The position numbers and the translations under genes were made by a program. Below the pieces are notes generated by a model. It saw nothing but the letters and a program-made list of their open reading frames with translations, ran no database searches and was not told the DNA's origin. Shown here piece after piece: positions 59,356-64,000 of a stretch of DNA of 64,000 nt; the first letter of the stretch is position 1, and each line of letters begins with the position of its first letter. This DNA comes from Limnochordia bacterium (GTDB taxonomy: Bacteria; Bacillota; Limnochordia; DTU080). Where the stretch lies: assembly GCA_050951545.1 (NCBI GenBank), contig JBMNJG010000013.1:43396-107395 (forward strand). Direction: 5' to 3'.

Positions 59356-60633
59356 CTATCGTGTCACTTGGGTTTTCCACTCGCCCAATAGGCGGTTCCA
59401 CTGGGCGTGTGTCTCCTCCAGAGCGGCCAAGGGGGGCATTTCATGACGGTAGACTCTAGCCAGACGTGCTGTGAATTCGATCAGGCTGATCTCTATCGGT
59501 GGCGGAACCACATACGATTGTGCGTACGGAAAGAGTTCCATCCAGAACCGCAGCTGAGGCTGTTCATTTGCCATGCGCCGCAGCATCTGCATGCGGCCAC
59601 CGTAGAAGCTCGCGACACGCTGAACTTCGAGGGTCACCTCATCGCTACAGAGAAAAGTGATGAACTCCCAGGCCAAGTCCTTATTCTTGCTGGCGCTGGG
59701 GATCGCCAAACCGTCGGTGAATAGATGCATCACGGGTGTACTACCGGCGGTCTGCCGGGGCGCGAAAAGTCCGAAGTCTTTCCGCAAAAAGTCTGGGTCC
59801 GCGGCTTTGATCGTCGCCATGTACTGTGGATTACAGTAACGCATGGCGAGGCGGCCACGCTCGAACCCACCGGACAGAATCGACCGGCCGTTTTCGCCTG
59901 CCTCATAGAGCTCCTGTAGTGTCTGCATAGTCACCATGGCCCTTGGATCCATTAGGTTAGACGTGAATCTCTCAGTGTCGGTTTCGGTCAGACCAGTCTG
60001 GCGCATGAACCAACAGAACTGCTGTGCGGCACCAAATGTGCCCGTGGAATAGACTTCAAAACCGCGGACGGCCACTACGTCACCCTCGAGTCGGGTCAAT
60101 CGCCACGCATATTGGACGAGCTCGTCCCAGTCCTGCGGAGGTCGGTTGGGATCCAGCCCCGACTGCGCGTAAAGCACTTTGTTGTACCCCAGGCCCCGGG
60201 GAGCGATATTCTGCGGAACGGCCATGACTTTCCCCTGCCAGCTCAAAGCGTCCCAAAGGGTCTGCGGGTAATCAGAAGTGTGTTTCCAACGAACCAGGTA
60301 GCGATCCAAAGGCTCCAACAGTCCGGAGGAACCCTCTATATACGGCGATTCAGTGCCTGTGACAATCACGTCAGGCGGCGTACCACCTGCTGTCATGACC
60401 AGGATCTTCTCCATGCGGTCATCCCACCCCGCGGTGAGCATGACCACATCCACATCATGTTGCCGCCTAAACTCCGGAATCAGCTCTTGCTGCACGTAGC
60501 TAAGTAGAGCAGACGAGTACCCTGTGGATAGAAAGGATATCTCCTTCGTTGCCGCTACACAAGCACCGAATAGAGAAACAAGCATCATCGATAACCACAA
60601 ACTCGCAAGAAAGCGCCTTACACATCCCCTCAC
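59356..60633 (-). CDS. ABC transporter sugar-binding protein
   Basis: AGGTPPDV, YNKVLYAQSGLDP..PP.DWDEL, SKNKDLAWEFITFL. Confidence 0.9.
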   Translation of the reverse strand: MRGCVRRFLASLWLSMMLVSLFGACVAATKEISFLSTGYSSALLSYVQQELIPEFRRQHDVDVVMLTAGWDDRMEKILVMTAGGTPPDVIVTGTESPYIEGSSGLLEPLDRYLVRWKHTSDYPQTLWDALSWQGKVMAVPQNIAPRGLGYNKVLYAQSGLDPNRPPQDWDELVQYAWRLTRLEGDVVAVRGFEVYSTGTFGAAQQFCWFMRQTGLTETDTERFTSNLMDPRAMVTMQTLQELYEAGENGRSILSGGFERGRLAMRYCNPQYMATIKAADPDFLRKDFGLFAPRQTAGSTPVMHLFTDGLAIPSASKNKDLAWEFITFLCSDEVTLEVQRVASFYGGRMQMLRRMANEQPQLRFWMELFPYAQSYVVPPPIEISLIEFTARLARVYRHEMPPLAALEETHAQWNRLLGEWKTQVTR

Positions 60634-60656
60634 TGGTGGGTAACCCCCTTGTCTAG

Positions 60657-61946
60657 CTACTTGAACACCGGATTCTCACGTAGGAGGCTGTTTATGGTGT
60701 CCTCAACCTCTCCCATAGCAGCAGCTACAGGTGCTTCACCACGCGCTGCCTTGTTCACAGCTTTCTCGAAGACGGGCTTGATGGCACTGGCCCACGCTGG
60801 CGACAATGTCATGCGAGAGCCCCGCAGGTAGTTAGCGCCCTCAAGAACAACTGTGAGGTCCGCGTTCGGCAATGCGTGTCGCAGCGTGTCCATCCAATTT
60901 CTCCAATACTGTCTGTGGACGGGTGGTGAGAGTGACTCGTACTTGAGCCACGGAATATAGCCCTCTTCATACGTGAAGTACTTCACGAATTGCCATGCTG
61001 ATTCGACATCCTGGCAGGTAGCAGAGATACCCCAGCTATTGATGCCTCCTTGAACGGCGACGGTGGCTCCCCAGGGCAAAGGTGAGAGCCCTAAGTCAAG
61101 CTGCGTTGGGTCCACTTGCGTCATCCACGTTCCGGTTTGTGTGACTTGTGTAGAAAGATTTCCAGTGCCGAGGCTCAGCCCGCCGCGCTCGTGAGCCTTT
61201 GGAGCTACCCCGTCTTTGAGCCAGATGTTGATCATGCGCGTGTAGGCGTTGGCCACTTCCGGAGTGGCACCCAAGAAGCGATCGACAGACGGGGCCACCC
61301 AATCTACATCAAAGATCCCCAGAAGATAGTAGCCTTCGAGGCCTACGGAAATCATGGTGCCCCATCGCTCAACCTGGCCGTCAGCTCCAGCGCGCTGCAG
61401 CTTCTTCAAAAAAGCCGTCCAGTTATCTAGCTGAAGCGAGGGATGGCCGTACTCGGTGGTCAGGTAAGGCACTCCCGCGTCCCGGAAATGACTGCGATTG
61501 TAGAATGTGGTGCTCACGGCGATGTTGTAGGGTAGGGTATAGATGTCGCCGAGCGTGTCGTAGGGTGGGTACCAGAGAACGGGCTTTGGATACATATTCA
61601 AGTTCAGTTTGTCTCGAGTGATCAGTGGCGTCAGAGGTATAAGCCAACCACTTAGGGTAGCTTTGGCCGCGTGGCCACCATCAAAACGGATGAGGTCGAG
61701 CTGTTGTCCTGCTGCGAGCATCATGGGCACTTTTTCGTCAAAGGCTCCCCAGCTCGTGACGATAAGCTCAACTTCGATCCCAGTTTTTTTGGTGAACTCC
61801 GCGACCGCTTTCTCCGTGCCTTCCAGTGAACCGACGTTGATGGCCACGAGTTTGCTGGGCTTGGCACCCTCTGCGACTGAGACAGCAAAGCACATAACTG
61901 CGATAGCGACAAGAGCGATCTGACGGTACGTCCGTGTTTTTTGCAT
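60657..61946 (-). CDS. ABC transporter sugar-binding protein
   Basis: AAGGAGG RBS; same motifs as 58039-59316. Confidence 0.9.
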   Translation of the reverse strand: MQKTRTYRQIALVAIAVMCFAVSVAEGAKPSKLVAINVGSLEGTEKAVAEFTKKTGIEVELIVTSWGAFDEKVPMMLAAGQQLDLIRFDGGHAAKATLSGWLIPLTPLITRDKLNLNMYPKPVLWYPPYDTLGDIYTLPYNIAVSTTFYNRSHFRDAGVPYLTTEYGHPSLQLDNWTAFLKKLQRAGADGQVERWGTMISVGLEGYYLLGIFDVDWVAPSVDRFLGATPEVANAYTRMINIWLKDGVAPKAHERGGLSLGTGNLSTQVTQTGTWMTQVDPTQLDLGLSPLPWGATVAVQGGINSWGISATCQDVESAWQFVKYFTYEEGYIPWLKYESLSPPVHRQYWRNWMDTLRHALPNADLTVVLEGANYLRGSRMTLSPAWASAIKPVFEKAVNKAARGEAPVAAAMGEVEDTINSLLRENPVFK

Positions 61947-62292
61947 ATATACCCTCCTTTTCTGGTTCCCGTAAACACTCCGGTCATGTCAACAGGGTTG
62001 GATTCTCATGCTAGGAATCGGCTATTAAGGCCAAGTCGAACCCATCATGTGATTCATCTCAACAGCGCCAATTCCTGCCTTCTGGTCAACGTTCTAGCTG
62101 ACATCCTCGTTTCTGGGGGGGCAACGAGGCCGCCATGGGGAGGCTTGGGCATGGGGGTGGCGAAAAACGGTATATTGCAGATGATTGCTGGCGACAGTTG
62201 AGTGGTTACGGGTACACATACAGGCAATGGAGTAACCAGCTGTATCGAGATCAACGCTACAAACAATCAAGACACAAATGGAGGTTGCAGGG

Positions 62293-63786
62293 ATGAAAGT
62301 GCATGTCAAGTCCGGCAACATCGCCGAAGCACAGGTCGACGCGATCATCGTGAATCTGTTCCAGGGGGTCGCAAGTCCCGGGGGTGCCACGGGGGCGGTT
62401 GATCGCCGAATTGGTGGCTTGATCACGGGGTTGATCGAGAGCGGTGAGTTAAAAGGAGAGCTCAACGAGACTGCTGTCATCCACTTGGGGAAGGAGGCGC
62501 CCTACCGGAAGGTAGTGATCGCGGGGTTGGGCGAGAGCGAGGCTTTCAGTCCGGAGCGCGTGCGGCAGGTCACGGCTACTTCAGTGAAGGCTGCGGCGAA
62601 AGGCAATGTACGAACGATTGCTACCATCGTCCACGGAGCGGGCATCGGAGGCCTTGATGTCGCCGCTGCGGCCCAGAGCGTGGCAGAGGGAGCTATCTTA
62701 GGACTGTATCGCTGTGATGCGTACAAGAGTAAGAGTGACGATCGCAGTGACGTTGAATTGGAGATCCTCGAAATGGATCAGGGCAAGGTCGAGGTCATCC
62801 GGGCGGCGGTGGAGCGGGGAACTGTCTTGGCGGAGTCGGCTAACTTCGCCCGAGACCTTGCCAATGCGCCAGCCAACGTGCTTTCTCCAACGGTGTTGGC
62901 AGAGCGAGCGGAGCAGATGGCGCAGGAGACGGGGTTGGAGTGCAACGTCCTACATCGAGCGGACATGGAGCGCTTGGGGATGGGTGCCCTTCTGGGCGTG
63001 GCTCAAGGTAGTGTAGAGGAGCCGAAGCTCGCCGTGCTGCGTTATCGAGGTACGGAAGACGAGCGTCCCTATGCGCTGGTGGGCAAAGGTATCACCTTTG
63101 ATTCGGGCGGGATCAGCCTGAAGCCAGGTTCCGGCATGGAGGCGATGAAAGGCGATATGTCTGGGGCCGCCGCAGTAATCGCTGCGATGAGAGCTATCGC
63201 TCTTTTGAAGCCAGCCCAGCATGTGATCGCAGTGGCGGCCTGTGTAGAGAATATGCCCTCTGGCTCGGCGCAAAGGCCGGGTGACATAGTGCGCACAACG
63301 ACTGGCAAGACCATTGAGATCATCAGTACGGATGCCGAAGGTAGGTTGATCCTAGCAGATGCCGTAGCGTACGCCGAGTCCCTGGGGGCGCACACGATCG
63401 TGGACGTCGCCACTTTGACAGGGGCTTGCGTGGTCGCTTTGGGCAGTCTGTACTCGGGATTGCTGTGCAACGACGATCGTCTGGCTGATGAGATCATCGC
63501 CGCGGGTGACCGCGCAGGTGAGCGCTACTGGCGCCTGCCCGCCGATCCTGAATATAAAGAGCAGTATAAGAGCGATATCGCTGACATCAAGAACTCGGGC
63601 GGGCGTGAGGCCGGGGTCATCACTGGGGGGCTCATCATCGGCGAGTTCATCAAAGAGGCTCGTTGGGCGCACCTAGACATTGCGGGGACTGACTTGAGCT
63701 CGAAGAGTCAGCACTACCAAGGGAAAGGTGCCACGGGTGTCGCCGTACGCACTCTGGCAGAGTTCATCTGCCACGCGGCGAGATAG
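62293..63786 (+). CDS. pepA: Leucyl aminopeptidase (M17)
   Basis: LVGKGITFDSGG, MKGDMSG, ENMP, TDAEGRL, ATLTGA, WAHLDIAG. Confidence 0.95.
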   Translation: MKVHVKSGNIAEAQVDAIIVNLFQGVASPGGATGAVDRRIGGLITGLIESGELKGELNETAVIHLGKEAPYRKVVIAGLGESEAFSPERVRQVTATSVKAAAKGNVRTIATIVHGAGIGGLDVAAAAQSVAEGAILGLYRCDAYKSKSDDRSDVELEILEMDQGKVEVIRAAVERGTVLAESANFARDLANAPANVLSPTVLAERAEQMAQETGLECNVLHRADMERLGMGALLGVAQGSVEEPKLAVLRYRGTEDERPYALVGKGITFDSGGISLKPGSGMEAMKGDMSGAAAVIAAMRAIALLKPAQHVIAVAACVENMPSGSAQRPGDIVRTTTGKTIEIISTDAEGRLILADAVAYAESLGAHTIVDVATLTGACVVALGSLYSGLLCNDDRLADEIIAAGDRAGERYWRLPADPEYKEQYKSDIADIKNSGGREAGVITGGLIIGEFIKEARWAHLDIAGTDLSSKSQHYQGKGATGVAVRTLAEFICHAAR

Positions 63787-63836
63787 TCTCTGGCTCCCTT
63801 CCGAACAGGAGACAAGCGGAGGTGATGGCGGCCGCG

Positions 63837-64000
63837 GTGATACGCGCGGTCGCCTGGGATGGGTTCGCCAAGCCCTGGCCTGCCGTGAGAGCTGTACACG
63901 TGGCGTAGGAGGAAAGCCGTTTGGGTGAGTAACAGGCTCTCGTACGTATCCTGACATGCGGCATCTGTGGTACCGACCGCAGCATCGTCCCTGTGCAACA
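63837..64000 (+). pseudogene. Zinc-binding alcohol dehydrogenase N-terminus with two in-frame stops (runs off window)
   Basis: MIRAVAW...VA*EESRLGE*QALVRILTCGICGTD. Confidence 0.6.

Noticed and set aside
1-64000. tRNA, rRNA or prophage genes
   Set aside because: None recognised by eye; a tRNAscan/Rfam search was not possible.

Overview
GC-rich accessory region of a bacterium that is probably a diderm Bacillota (Limnochordia-like; inferred from strong GGAGG RBSs, an Omp85 protein and solute-binding proteins with no obvious lipobox). It has four kinds of content. (1) Carbohydrate/amide scavenging: about 9 orphan family-1 solute-binding proteins with no permease or ATPase, GH5-like, GH127, GH20, a PL26/YetA-like lyase, three beta-lactamase-fold serine hydrolases, a phosphodiesterase, a HAD and pepA. 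(2) Defence genes: SRA-like-HNH nuclease, HepT/MntA toxin-antitoxin, DUF4011-helicase-Vsr (Hhe-like), and a type I-B CRISPR-Cas locus with two arrays, a deletion-broken cas7 and a solitary repeat 3.5 kb away. (3) Mobile elements: an intact IS1634 splitting an SBP gene, a decayed DDE/ExeA element and an IstB remnant. (4) Several deletion scars. The two most novel-looking items are a secreted C45 Ntn-hydrolase-TPR-POTRA-Omp85 fusion resembling a type Vd autotransporter with a new passenger class (5425-8346), and a tandem-wHTH plus Vsr-like nuclease gene flanked by a structured 94-bp tandem repeat on one side and a copy of its core on the other (12941-14814). All family calls come from motif recognition by eye; no database search was run.
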